Positions 9,416-17,882 of a stretch of 64,000 nt of DNA are shown here, piece after piece. The DNA is from Candidatus Bathyarchaeota archaeon (GTDB taxonomy: Archaea; Thermoproteota; Bathyarchaeia; Hecatellales; Hecatellaceae), in assembly GCA_052246995.1 (NCBI GenBank), contig JBQPWD010000002.1, forward strand, positions 64,001 to 128,000, read 5' to 3'. The position numbers and the translations under genes were made by a program. Under the pieces are notes generated by a model that was not told the origin of the DNA, did not search any database, and saw only the letters and a program-made list of their open reading frames with translations. How positions within the stretch are numbered: the stretch's first letter is position 1; every line of letters begins with the position of its first letter.

Positions 9416-9820
9416 ATGCCGCTCTTAGAAAACGATGTTATCTTTGCCTATTTAAATGAGTATGATCCTAACCATCCTGTTGCAGAGAGAATATTTAAAA
9501 AACTTCAGGATGGGGAGATAAGCATCCACATCTCAAGTGTTAGCTTGGTTGAAATGGAGTTAATTTATAGGAGTGAAAGAATGGAAGAAAGGCTTCTGAG
9601 GGATTTAGCAGCTCTAGCAGCTCTACCACGTGTAGAATATGTGCCATTAACCCCTGATACAGCCGTTGCAAGCGTGTATTTAAGGCAGACATTAAACCTC
9701 TCGTTCTTTGACTCTCACTATGCTGCGACAGCGCTGAGCCTGGATAGAAAAGTAATCTCATTCGACAAAACATATGATAAAGTGCCAGGTTTAACGCGCA
9801 TCAGACCCGACACCCTTTAA
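9416..9820 (+). CDS. vapC: PIN-domain VapC toxin
   Basis: LLENDV, S..E, FFDSHYAATA and ISFDK.YD acidic PIN motifs. Confidence 0.88.
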   Translation: MPLLENDVIFAYLNEYDPNHPVAERIFKKLQDGEISIHISSVSLVEMELIYRSERMEERLLRDLAALAALPRVEYVPLTPDTAVASVYLRQTLNLSFFDSHYAATALSLDRKVISFDKTYDKVPGLTRIRPDTL

Positions 9821-10027
9821 ACCAGATGACTATGATGAATGTTAAAAATAAATAATTTCACAATCACTCCTATTGTTGTTTCCGCAGAGAATTTTGTTAC
9901 TATTAGAATTACGGTTTCCTATCTTGGTTATCAAAGTCCTCCGCTTAAAGTACTTCCAGAAGCCGCTTTGCTTACTGGTATTTTTAATTTCTTAGTCTAC
10001 TTGCCATATTTTACATAAAAGTTTTAA

Positions 10028-10372
10028 CTATTTAGAGAAGATTTTGAGGTCGTCCCTCAAAACTACCCCATATTTCATTGTTTCTATAACCATTGTTTCC
10101 CTCTTTTCCATTAGCGTCTTAAACTCTTTGTATGTTAGGGCGATGACTTGGTATCCTGGGGGGGTATCTATGTTTCTTAACCTGTCTGGTGGTTTTCCTG
10201 TAAAGTATTCTGAGATGAGTAGTATGTCTACGTCGCTCCAGAGGTTGAAGTCTCCTCTAGCATAGGAGCCGATTAGAATGGCTGTAACCTTAAATGGGAT
10301 CTTAGAAGCCCACTCCCTTGCCTCGTTTATATGTTTCTCTCTTATCCTTTTTCTTTCTTCAATGATTTCCAT
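10028..10372 (-). CDS. MNT nucleotidyltransferase
   Basis: IGSYARGDFNLWSDVD. Confidence 0.9.
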   Translation of the reverse strand: MEIIEERKRIREKHINEAREWASKIPFKVTAILIGSYARGDFNLWSDVDILLISEYFTGKPPDRLRNIDTPPGYQVIALTYKEFKTLMEKRETMVIETMKYGVVLRDDLKIFSK

Positions 10373-10755
10373 TTCTCCTCAACCCAACTTATTATATCCT
10401 CAGCAAGTCTTATAGACTCTTCAGCATCTCTTCTTGTATAGTATTCGTCTGGACTACCTTCAACCCAAGCATTAGGATACCTTGTTGGCACATAGTATTT
10501 ATCTAATGTCTTAGCAGCTTGGACTGTTTTATCGTCATACTGAAGAACACTTGAAACTCCTGTTAGAAGTCTTGATAGGCTATGTCCGTATGAAGGCATT
10601 CCTAAGCCCCTAAGCAAAGCCTTCAACGCGTATTCTGCTGCCTGTTGTGATTTAAAACATGCCCAGTTGTAATCGCCCCTACCAAGATCCCCCCTTGCAG
10701 AATCCAGAGTTTTTTTGCTGAAGACAATCCATCTCAGGTATTCGTTTTCATCCAT
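10342..10755 (-). CDS. HEPN domain protein
   Basis: WACFKSQQAAEYALKA, YGHSL and LDKYYVPTRYPNAW. Confidence 0.9.
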   Translation of the reverse strand: MDENEYLRWIVFSKKTLDSARGDLGRGDYNWACFKSQQAAEYALKALLRGLGMPSYGHSLSRLLTGVSSVLQYDDKTVQAAKTLDKYYVPTRYPNAWVEGSPDEYYTRRDAEESIRLAEDIISWVEEKWKSLKKEKG

Positions 10756-11069
10756 GGTTCTTCTAAAATTCTAGGATACAATTTTAATTTAACCTTTTGT
10801 TTTACTGTTAGACAGTGGAGTTGTTACCAAGCTTCAGCTTTTTTTGTTGAGTGGTAGTTCGACACCTTGATAAAGTTAAAATGTGGAAGTTTGACTCTAA
10901 ACCTAGGTAAGAGTTTAAGTTTTAGTTTTAGGGTTGTGTGTAGTTTAAGTTGTTTTTATGTTAAGTTTTTGTAAATCATGGTTGGGATGATGGTGCTTAT
11001 TAAGATACAGATGCTGGCAATGTTGTCTGGCTGATGAATTTTCTATATATTCTTTTTGTTGTGGTTGTT

Positions 11070-11375
11070 CTACACTTCTACAAGCTCTTTATCCGGTATG
11101 AATCTTTTATACCATCTTTCCAAGATTTCTTCGGTGACCACGTGTAATTCCACGTTTTCCTCTACAGTCTTATACACCTTAACCATGATGTCATATTTTT
11201 GTTTAATCATCTTGGTAGCAACCAAAATGTCTATGTCGCTCGTGGCTGTAGCCGTACCTCTAACAACAGAGCCGAAAACGAAAACTCTTGCATGGGGATC
11301 TATGCTATGCACTATCTTCTTAACCCTTTCAGCAACCTTTAAGTGATCTTTATGGTCTTTGTTTTTTGATGTCAT
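11070..11375 (-). CDS. MNT nucleotidyltransferase
   Basis: VFGSVVRGTATATSDID. Confidence 0.88.
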   Translation of the reverse strand: MTSKNKDHKDHLKVAERVKKIVHSIDPHARVFVFGSVVRGTATATSDIDILVATKMIKQKYDIMVKVYKTVEENVELHVVTEEILERWYKRFIPDKELVEV

Positions 11376-11761
11376 TAAGTTTCATCTATAATTGGTTTGA
11401 ATACTTTAATCACGAATTTAAATAGGCTTTGAGCTTCATTTTCCTCGTAAACATATGGGATATATCTTGAAGTCAAGTAGGCTTCTTCGAGTCTGGCTAT
11501 ATAATGTAGTTTATCTTCATCATTAATGAGGGATAGCAGTTTTGGGTTTAACTTAGCAAGCTCCCTTATGAGTCCTCTAAGGGAATGTGTCCTTGGATAT
11601 GATCCGGATTTAATCAGCAATTTATATTTTAAAATTAATTGGCAGTACTGCTCAAGGTTAAAGACTGATAGGTCCCATTCGCGGTTTTCGAGTAAATATT
11701 TTGCAGTTCTCAGAAAGGCCTCTGCCCTACGCCTAATAATTTCAGACTCCTCAAATGACAG
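11375..11761 (-). CDS. HEPN domain protein, probable CTG start (extends ORF 11375-11620 by 47 codons)
   Basis: Open frame (M)SFEESEIIRRRAEAFL...FNLEQYCQLILKYKLL..G.YPRTHSL...LEEAYLTSRY; GGTGG SD-like motif 7 nt before CTG. Confidence 0.75.
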   Translation of the reverse strand: MSFEESEIIRRRAEAFLRTAKYLLENREWDLSVFNLEQYCQLILKYKLLIKSGSYPRTHSLRGLIRELAKLNPKLLSLINDEDKLHYIARLEEAYLTSRYIPYVYEENEAQSLFKFVIKVFKPIIDET

Positions 11762-11835
11762 TTTTATTCCACCACTTAGTATAACAGCAGATAGGTTGGA
11801 TAGACATCTATTTTAATTTAACTTTTAAACCACCT

Positions 11836-12063
11836 TTAGGTTTTGCTTTTCTCACCAGGTATAATAAGTGAGTAGAGGACTGTTAAGAAGCCAGAAATAA
11901 GTGTGGGGATAAATAAGTTTTTCATCCTCTTCGGCTTTTTTTTTTCCTTAGTGTAGCTTTGTAAAGTCTTGTAGTCTTCAAGAAGCTTTTTCATTGTTTC
12001 AATGTCTAAGTCGAGCGTGGACATGACTTCAACTTGGCTACATCCATCTTCAAGCTTTTCCAT
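11836..12063 (-). CDS. Small hypothetical protein, possibly a fragment of an HTH-like mobile-element gene
   Basis: Short ORF with helical EKLEDG.SQVEV...L.L pattern; no clear family. Confidence 0.3.
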   Translation of the reverse strand: MEKLEDGCSQVEVMSTLDLDIETMKKLLEDYKTLQSYTKEKKKPKRMKNLFIPTLISGFLTVLYSLIIPGEKSKT

Positions 12064-12237
12064 AGCCTTTAGGTAAACGGGAGACTCAGGTTGGGCAAGG
12101 GATAATTGTGGGATAGTGGCTCTCCATGTAGGTCACTTACACGTTACTTTGCACGTGTTTTCTGCAAGATGTTTACAGTTAGGGTTCAAGATGGTTGGGA
12201 ATAACATTCTAAGCAAAGTTTATAAGTTTAGCATTAA

Positions 12238-12537
12238 ATGAAATTCTTAGTGACATATATGAGTCTTAGTAGAGTTTCAAAAAAGTGGCTGACCACAATC
12301 CCCTCAGATGTGAGGCGTTCTCTCGGCCTAGATGAGGGTGACTTTATCATGTGGGAGGTGGATGCATCCAAGGCGGTTGCCACCGTCAAGGTTGTAAAAG
12401 ACCCGCTTAAGTTTCTCAAGGGAAGGTATAGTGACCCAAAATTGAGGTATGACGTTGTTGAGGAGACAGCCGACAAAATGGTTAGGGGGATGATCCATGC
12501 CGATAGTAGAGCTCGACCTTCTAATAGCTCTAGTTAA
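12238..12537 (+). CDS. vapB: AbrB/MazE family antitoxin
   Basis: SRVSKKWLTTIPSDVRRSLGLDEGD. Confidence 0.87.
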   Translation: MKFLVTYMSLSRVSKKWLTTIPSDVRRSLGLDEGDFIMWEVDASKAVATVKVVKDPLKFLKGRYSDPKLRYDVVEETADKMVRGMIHADSRARPSNSSS

Positions 12538-12910
12538 TAGGGAAGATGGGCTTCACGAGGCCGCTTCAAAGCTCTTTGAGGCCGCCGCCCACGGAAGGAT
12601 TGGAAAGATAACCATAGCAACCTCAGCCCTCATGGAGTACGAGCTTATCCTCAAATCAAGAGGCTATAGTGAAGAAGATATAGCCACCGATATAAGAGCA
12701 TTAACGAGCATAAGAAATGTGGATGAGGCTCCCATAAACGCTCAGGTGATGCTTACAGCCATAAACCTCAGAAAAAAATATCAACTAACCTATTTCGACT
12801 CACTACACGCTGCAACAGCAATCCTACATGACGGGGCAATAATATCAACAGATAAAGCCTACCGCGAGATAAAAGAGCTCAAAGCAATAGACCCTAAGAA
12901 ATATGAATAA
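12497..12910 (+). CDS. vapC: PIN-domain VapC toxin
   Basis: IVELDLLIA, YFDSLHAATA and ISTDKAY. Confidence 0.88.
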   Translation: MPIVELDLLIALVNREDGLHEAASKLFEAAAHGRIGKITIATSALMEYELILKSRGYSEEDIATDIRALTSIRNVDEAPINAQVMLTAINLRKKYQLTYFDSLHAATAILHDGAIISTDKAYREIKELKAIDPKKYE

Positions 12911-12978
12911 CCATGCACAAGTTTTAAGGCTCTCTTCACATGCATTGTTTAAGTGTTGATGAAATATGCTAAGAATAG

Positions 12979-13195
12979 TGTTACATAACAGTTTATTCAG
13001 CCATGAGTGTTGATGGGAGAATTGCAAGTAAGAGACGCTACAGCAAGCTCAGTTGCCCATATGACTTAAAAAGGCTACATGAGCTTAGAGCTCAAAGCAA
13101 TGGAGTGATGGTGGGAGCAAACACGGTCATTATAGATGACCTAATCTCTCACAGTTAAATATGTTGAAGGTGTTGAAGGGAGAAATCTCTCCCTG
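12979..13195 (+). pseudogene. Relic of RibD C-terminal/RIB7-type pyrimidine reductase (DHFR-like fold)
   Basis: YITVYSAMSVDGRIASKRRYSKLSCPYDLKRLHELRAQSNGVMVGANTVIIDD, then frameshift to SLTVKYVEG..RN; truncated. Confidence 0.75.
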
Positions 13196-13206
13196 AACCT
13201 AGCTTA

Positions 13207-13392
13207 TTATTTCCAGATTCTACGCACCCATTCCACTCTCTCAAAGTCTTTATCGTTTGTGTAAATTTCAGTCACATTATTTTTCTTCATTATTACTTGT
13301 AGTGTAAGAGCATCAACAAAATCTAAGTTGTATTTCTCCATGTCCGACACTGCATTCAACATCTCCCTCCATGAGGTTTCAACCTTCCTCAT
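13207..13392 (-). pseudogene. C-terminal fragment of a PIN/VapC gene
   Basis: LDFVDAL...MKKNNVTEIYTNDKDFERV is a PIN C-terminus; N-terminal half absent. Confidence 0.7.
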
Positions 13393-13394
13393 TA

Positions 13395-13610
13395 AGAGGC
13401 TTCAAGAAGGTGGAATGACGAAGGCTATTCTAACAGGATGGATGGCTCATTATAACTTAGTAAGACCACATCTAGCATTAGGAAAGAATCCTCCAGCAAA
13501 AATGGCGGAGATACCTATCCAAAACGACTGGAAAACATTATCCGACAAGCAACCTTTAAACTTTATAACCCATCACCAAAAACTTAACAAAACCCTATTT
13601 TGAAACTGCT
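13395..13610 (+). mobile_element. 3' relic of a DDE/integrase-core transposase (IS6-like)
   Basis: ILTGWMAHYNLVRPHLALG..PA motif (YNxxRPHxxL) typical of rve-type transposase C-termini; abuts the truncated vapC. Confidence 0.65.
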
Positions 13611-13625
13611 CAGAAGGCAAGCTTG

Positions 13626-13669
13626 ATTTGTTTACATTTGTTTACATTTTTAAAGCTTAGCTTTAAATA
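13626..13669 (+). promoter_or_regulatory. S-layer operon promoter: ATTTGTTTAC x2 direct repeat followed by TATA box
   Basis: atttgtttac atttgtttac (13626-13645); tttaaata at ~13662; GGTGA SD before ATG 13731. Confidence 0.5.
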
Positions 13670-13730
13670 CGTGATACCAGCCTTATATCATACTTGGAAA
13701 TAGCCTAGTAACTCTTAAGGTGAAATAAAA

Positions 13731-16700
13731 ATGAATCATGTTCTTCAAAACAAAACCCTAGCAACAATAACAACGTTAATCCTAATCATAAGCACCCTAG
13801 CAACCCTAACACCACTACTTGTGGCACATGGAGCAGCAGGAACAATAACAGCATCCCAAAGCACCTTCAGCGCAAAGGTGTTGTTGCAAATAACGGTAAC
13901 AGACCCGGATGTGGCTGAAAAGGCTAGTGAGCAACTTGTATCAATAAGGACAGAATACACTGACAAAAACGAGGGATCTCAAGTAGTTTACCTGAATGCT
14001 TCTCAAGTAGTTGGTGGACAGTGGGTGTGCTGGGTAAGACCAACAGATAGTGCCCCTACCACGCCTGGAAATCCGCCACCCTTCTGGTACGAGGATGAAA
14101 CCTACGCTACAAACCTATTACCTAAGGAACCTAAATCTGACACGGATGTTAAGTTTATCTATTTTGATGCCAGCGAAAACCAGGAGAGGGTTGTAACCGT
14201 AACATATAAGGAGGTTAAGGGAAGTATTAGCCTCGACAGAACCGCCTACCCGATGCAGGGGAAGGTGTACATTACAGTTACAGACCCAGACATGAACGTT
14301 GACCCAACAACTGTAGATGAAATATCAGCTACGAACGTAATACTTGATGTTGCAGGTCTATGGCAAGAAAATGTTAAGTTGACCGAGACAGGACCCAACA
14401 CCCAAACATTTAAGGGTTCCACTATTTTGCCTGTTAATCCTCCTTATTATACTTACGCCATGCCTGGTCAAAGAATAACTGTTACATACAGTGATCCTAA
14501 AGGAGATGTTACCGCTTATGCCATTGTAACTGTTTCAACTGCTGAAGTAAGCCTTGACAAGGCTGTCTACATGGTGAATGATACTGCAAAAATAACCCTT
14601 GTTGAACCTGACCTAAACAAGGATTCAGACAAAGCTGAATATGTGGAGGTTACCGTTAAAAGTGACAAACTAGGAGGATGTTTATACGTAAAGTTGGATG
14701 AAACAGGAAAGAATACTGGAAGATTTACCGGGACATTCAAGTTTGCAATAGAGCCAACTCCTGGAAGATTAAATGTTACTGCTAAAGATAAGGTAATAGT
14801 GGAGTACACTGATCCTCTTACCGCCACTGGCGACAGGAGTGTTCTACGCACAGCCAAAGCTGACTTTACAACCAACACTGGTGTTGTATCGCTTGATAGA
14901 ACCGTCTACTCACCCAACATGATGGGTTATATTACCGTTGTCGATCCAGACATGAACGTCAACCCTGATGCAATAGACTATCTAGGAACACCTGTAGCTC
15001 AAAGCCTAGTAACCGTCAACAGTGTTAAAGCTGATGGCACAACGGTGGATACTGAAAAGGTTCTTATGACGGAGTATGGTGGAACAAACACTGGAATCTT
15101 CGTTGGAAGATTCAAAACCAGTACAACCACCTCAGCACCAGGAAACATTCCAACAGTCCAAGTTTCCATTGGAGGAAAAATAAAAGTAACCTATACTGAC
15201 CCAATAACCGCTGATGGAGAGACAAACAAGGCAATTTCTAAGGAGGCAAGCATCCGTGCAACAACAGGCACCGTTGAACTTGGAAGACCAGTGTACTCAC
15301 CAAACGTTCAAGTTACAGTTCGCATAACAGACCCAGACCTCAACCTCGACGTATACAGCAAAGATAAAATCGTTGTTGGAAAAGTAGGTGACAAATGGCA
15401 GTTAAACATCACCAACAACATAGTCCCACCAGGGGTAACCCTTGGCGAATATACTGAAGCCCCTGTTGTGCTTTACTCAACAGGTTGGGATGGTACTTCA
15501 ATAACGAACATCGAAGAAACTGATGTTAACACAGGCATATTTGAAAAAGTTGTTAATGCACATATAGGTAATGTTAAGGCTGGAGAAACATTGTACTTTA
15601 AATACATAGACCCCGCCAACGAGATTGGAGTCCAGGAGCCTGTTGTGGCCTCAGCAAGACTTGACACCTTCACGGGAACACTCACCATAGATAAATCTGT
15701 TTACAAGGTTGGTGAAAAAGTTAAAATCACCGTTGTCGACCCAGACATGAACAAAGATCCAAAAGCTAAAGACAAGATCACTGACAGAGTCACGATTAAG
15801 AGCGATACCTCCCCCGGCGGACTTACAGTAGAACTTACGGAGACCGACAAAGATACTGATACATTTACAGGTGAAGTTAAACTTGTTACCGGTACACCAG
15901 GTACTGGTGAGCTTAAGGTTTCACGTGGAGACACTGTTACCGTAACCTACGAGGATCAGGAGACAGCTGGTGGTGGTGGAAAGCTAAAGATAACCGCAAG
16001 CGCAAAAGTTTACTCAAGTGATGGAAAAATAGAACTGGATAGGTCATCCTACTCACCATATGGTACGGTTAAGATTACAGTTACAGACCCAGACATGAAC
16101 GCAGACTCAGCTGTTGTTGACTCAATAGCTAAAGACCGTATAAGGATATACACTACAAGTGACCCATACGGCATTGAAGTAACCCTTAAAGAAACTGATG
16201 TTGACACAGGCATATTTGAGGAATACGTTAAACTCGGCGATAAAACTGATGAGGCTGCAAAAATGTTGAAGGCAAGCCATGGTGATGGGCTTACAGCCGT
16301 ATACACTGAAGAGGCTGACGCTGCAGGAAAGAAAGACGTTGCAAGAATGGTAACAGCAAAAGTAAGCTATGTAACAGCAAAAATAAGTTTTGACAAAAGC
16401 TTCTACCTTATAAACGAAACTGCAAAAATAACCCTTGTTGAGCCTGATGAGAATAAAGATGCCAAACTTGAAAACAGTGTTCAAATAACAGTAACATCAA
16501 CAACAGACCCAGCAGGAATTAGAATATCACTTACCGAAACAGGTAAGGATACTGGAATATTTGAAGGTAGTCTCACATTCACCACTGGACCATCAACCGG
16601 AACAATGCTAAAGGTAACCAAGGGAGACACAATAACAGCAATCTACGATGATAGGTCGATAGAAGACTACCCAACCGTCACCGTAAAAAGAGTAACCGCC

Positions 16701-17075
16701 ACAGCCAAGATAGGTGTTCCTGTAATTGCCAAACCCATAATCGCGGGCACACCTGTAGCCGCAGACCCAACCACAGGTGAACCGTTAACAGAGGTTGCGG
16801 CTGGAAGCATGGTTCTAATTTCAACAGCCATGACAAACACTGCGGAGGAAGACGTATCCATGCTTTACATTGTACAGGTTAAGGATGCAGCTGGACATGT
16901 GGTCTTCCTAAGCTTTATAAGTGGAACAGTCCCGGCAGGAAAAACCTACACCATGGGTATAAGCTGGACACCTACAGCCCCAGGAACCTACACCGTTGAA
17001 GTCTTTGCATGGAGAAGCTGGGATGAACCTGCACCACTATCAGATGTTGCAACAGCAACAATAACGGTAGTGTAA
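13731..17075 (+). CDS. slaA: S-layer protein, multi-Ig-domain (thaumarchaeal SlaA-like)
   Basis: Signal peptide; ~8 repeats of LDR..Y....ITV.DPD.N.D....LTETG..TG.F.G; C-terminal YIVQVKD..G...ISW.P..G.Y.VEVF.W domain; Thr/Val-rich; no TM anchor. Confidence 0.8.
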   Translation: MNHVLQNKTLATITTLILIISTLATLTPLLVAHGAAGTITASQSTFSAKVLLQITVTDPDVAEKASEQLVSIRTEYTDKNEGSQVVYLNASQVVGGQWVCWVRPTDSAPTTPGNPPPFWYEDETYATNLLPKEPKSDTDVKFIYFDASENQERVVTVTYKEVKGSISLDRTAYPMQGKVYITVTDPDMNVDPTTVDEISATNVILDVAGLWQENVKLTETGPNTQTFKGSTILPVNPPYYTYAMPGQRITVTYSDPKGDVTAYAIVTVSTAEVSLDKAVYMVNDTAKITLVEPDLNKDSDKAEYVEVTVKSDKLGGCLYVKLDETGKNTGRFTGTFKFAIEPTPGRLNVTAKDKVIVEYTDPLTATGDRSVLRTAKADFTTNTGVVSLDRTVYSPNMMGYITVVDPDMNVNPDAIDYLGTPVAQSLVTVNSVKADGTTVDTEKVLMTEYGGTNTGIFVGRFKTSTTTSAPGNIPTVQVSIGGKIKVTYTDPITADGETNKAISKEASIRATTGTVELGRPVYSPNVQVTVRITDPDLNLDVYSKDKIVVGKVGDKWQLNITNNIVPPGVTLGEYTEAPVVLYSTGWDGTSITNIEETDVNTGIFEKVVNAHIGNVKAGETLYFKYIDPANEIGVQEPVVASARLDTFTGTLTIDKSVYKVGEKVKITVVDPDMNKDPKAKDKITDRVTIKSDTSPGGLTVELTETDKDTDTFTGEVKLVTGTPGTGELKVSRGDTVTVTYEDQETAGGGGKLKITASAKVYSSDGKIELDRSSYSPYGTVKITVTDPDMNADSAVVDSIAKDRIRIYTTSDPYGIEVTLKETDVDTGIFEEYVKLGDKTDEAAKMLKASHGDGLTAVYTEEADAAGKKDVARMVTAKVSYVTAKISFDKSFYLINETAKITLVEPDENKDAKLENSVQITVTSTTDPAGIRISLTETGKDTGIFEGSLTFTTGPSTGTMLKVTKGDTITAIYDDRSIEDYPTVTVKRVTATAKIGVPVIAKPIIAGTPVAADPTTGEPLTEVAAGSMVLISTAMTNTAEEDVSMLYIVQVKDAAGHVVFLSFISGTVPAGKTYTMGISWTPTAPGTYTVEVFAWRSWDEPAPLSDVATATITVV

Positions 17076-17081
17076 TACAAC

Positions 17082-17870
17082 ATGAAGAGGTGCCAAACAA
17101 TGTACACCCTACAAAAAACAACACCAATATTTTTTGTTTTAATGTTAACATTGGCAGCGTTGGCGGTTATACCCTTAGCTTCAGCATCACCAATAACAGT
17201 TAAACCTGAAAAAGACTCCTACAACGCTGGTGAAACATTAAACGTCAGCGGAACAGCCTCAGCTGGAGCCTCGGTGTCAATCCAGCTTTTCAACCCAGAC
17301 GTTAAAATAGTAGCTGTAGCCCAAGCTGAAGCCGATACAACAGGAAAATATAGTGTTAAAGGAGTTTACACGTTTGGTGTTGGAGACAAATCTGGAACAT
17401 GGACAGTTAAGGCTTACGACCCTGTAACAGGTGAATGGGCTGAATACAAGCTTACACTTGGAGTTATAATAACTCCTCCACCAACAACGTTAGAAGGACG
17501 TGTCGCCGAACTTGAGAAAAAAGTAGCCGCACTGGAAAATCAGGTATCAGACCTATCCAACACGGTTAAAACCCTGACAAGTAAGGTTGCAAGCTTAGAA
17601 GCAACAATATCAACCCTACAGTCTAAGGTTGCAAGCTTAGAAGGTAAAGTTACAACTTTAGAGGGAGCAGTTACCAAACTTTCAACCAGCGTTACCGAAC
17701 TTGGAAACGCTGTTCAAGCCTTAGCTGGAGCCGTAACAATGATGTATGTAGCGTTAATCCTTGCAATAATAGCAATCATCCTTGCAGTAATATGCCTAGT
17801 AATGATTAGAAGAATTGTTGCAGCTGCAAAAGCACTCCTAGCACCAAAAGCACCTGAAAAAACAGCTTAA
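17082..17870 (+). CDS. Membrane-anchored stalk protein (Ig domain + long coiled coil + TM), SlaB-like
   Basis: Signal peptide; Ig-like domain; heptad repeats (KVASLE x2, 42-bp spacing); C-terminal TM. Confidence 0.72.
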   Translation: MKRCQTMYTLQKTTPIFFVLMLTLAALAVIPLASASPITVKPEKDSYNAGETLNVSGTASAGASVSIQLFNPDVKIVAVAQAEADTTGKYSVKGVYTFGVGDKSGTWTVKAYDPVTGEWAEYKLTLGVIITPPPTTLEGRVAELEKKVAALENQVSDLSNTVKTLTSKVASLEATISTLQSKVASLEGKVTTLEGAVTKLSTSVTELGNAVQALAGAVTMMYVALILAIIAIILAVICLVMIRRIVAAAKALLAPKAPEKTA

Positions 17871-17882
17871 AGGAAAATGTAA

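Noticed and set aside
14274-16446. Near-identical 25-30-nt segments inside slaA (e.g. actgcaaaaataacccttgttga) as possible DGR template/variable repeats
   Set aside because: They coincide with internal Ig-domain repeats, show no adenine-specific variation, and no reverse transcriptase is present
13745-16861. Multiple antisense ORFs within the S-layer gene
   Set aside because: Shadow ORFs from biased Thr/Val codon usage; no independent motifs
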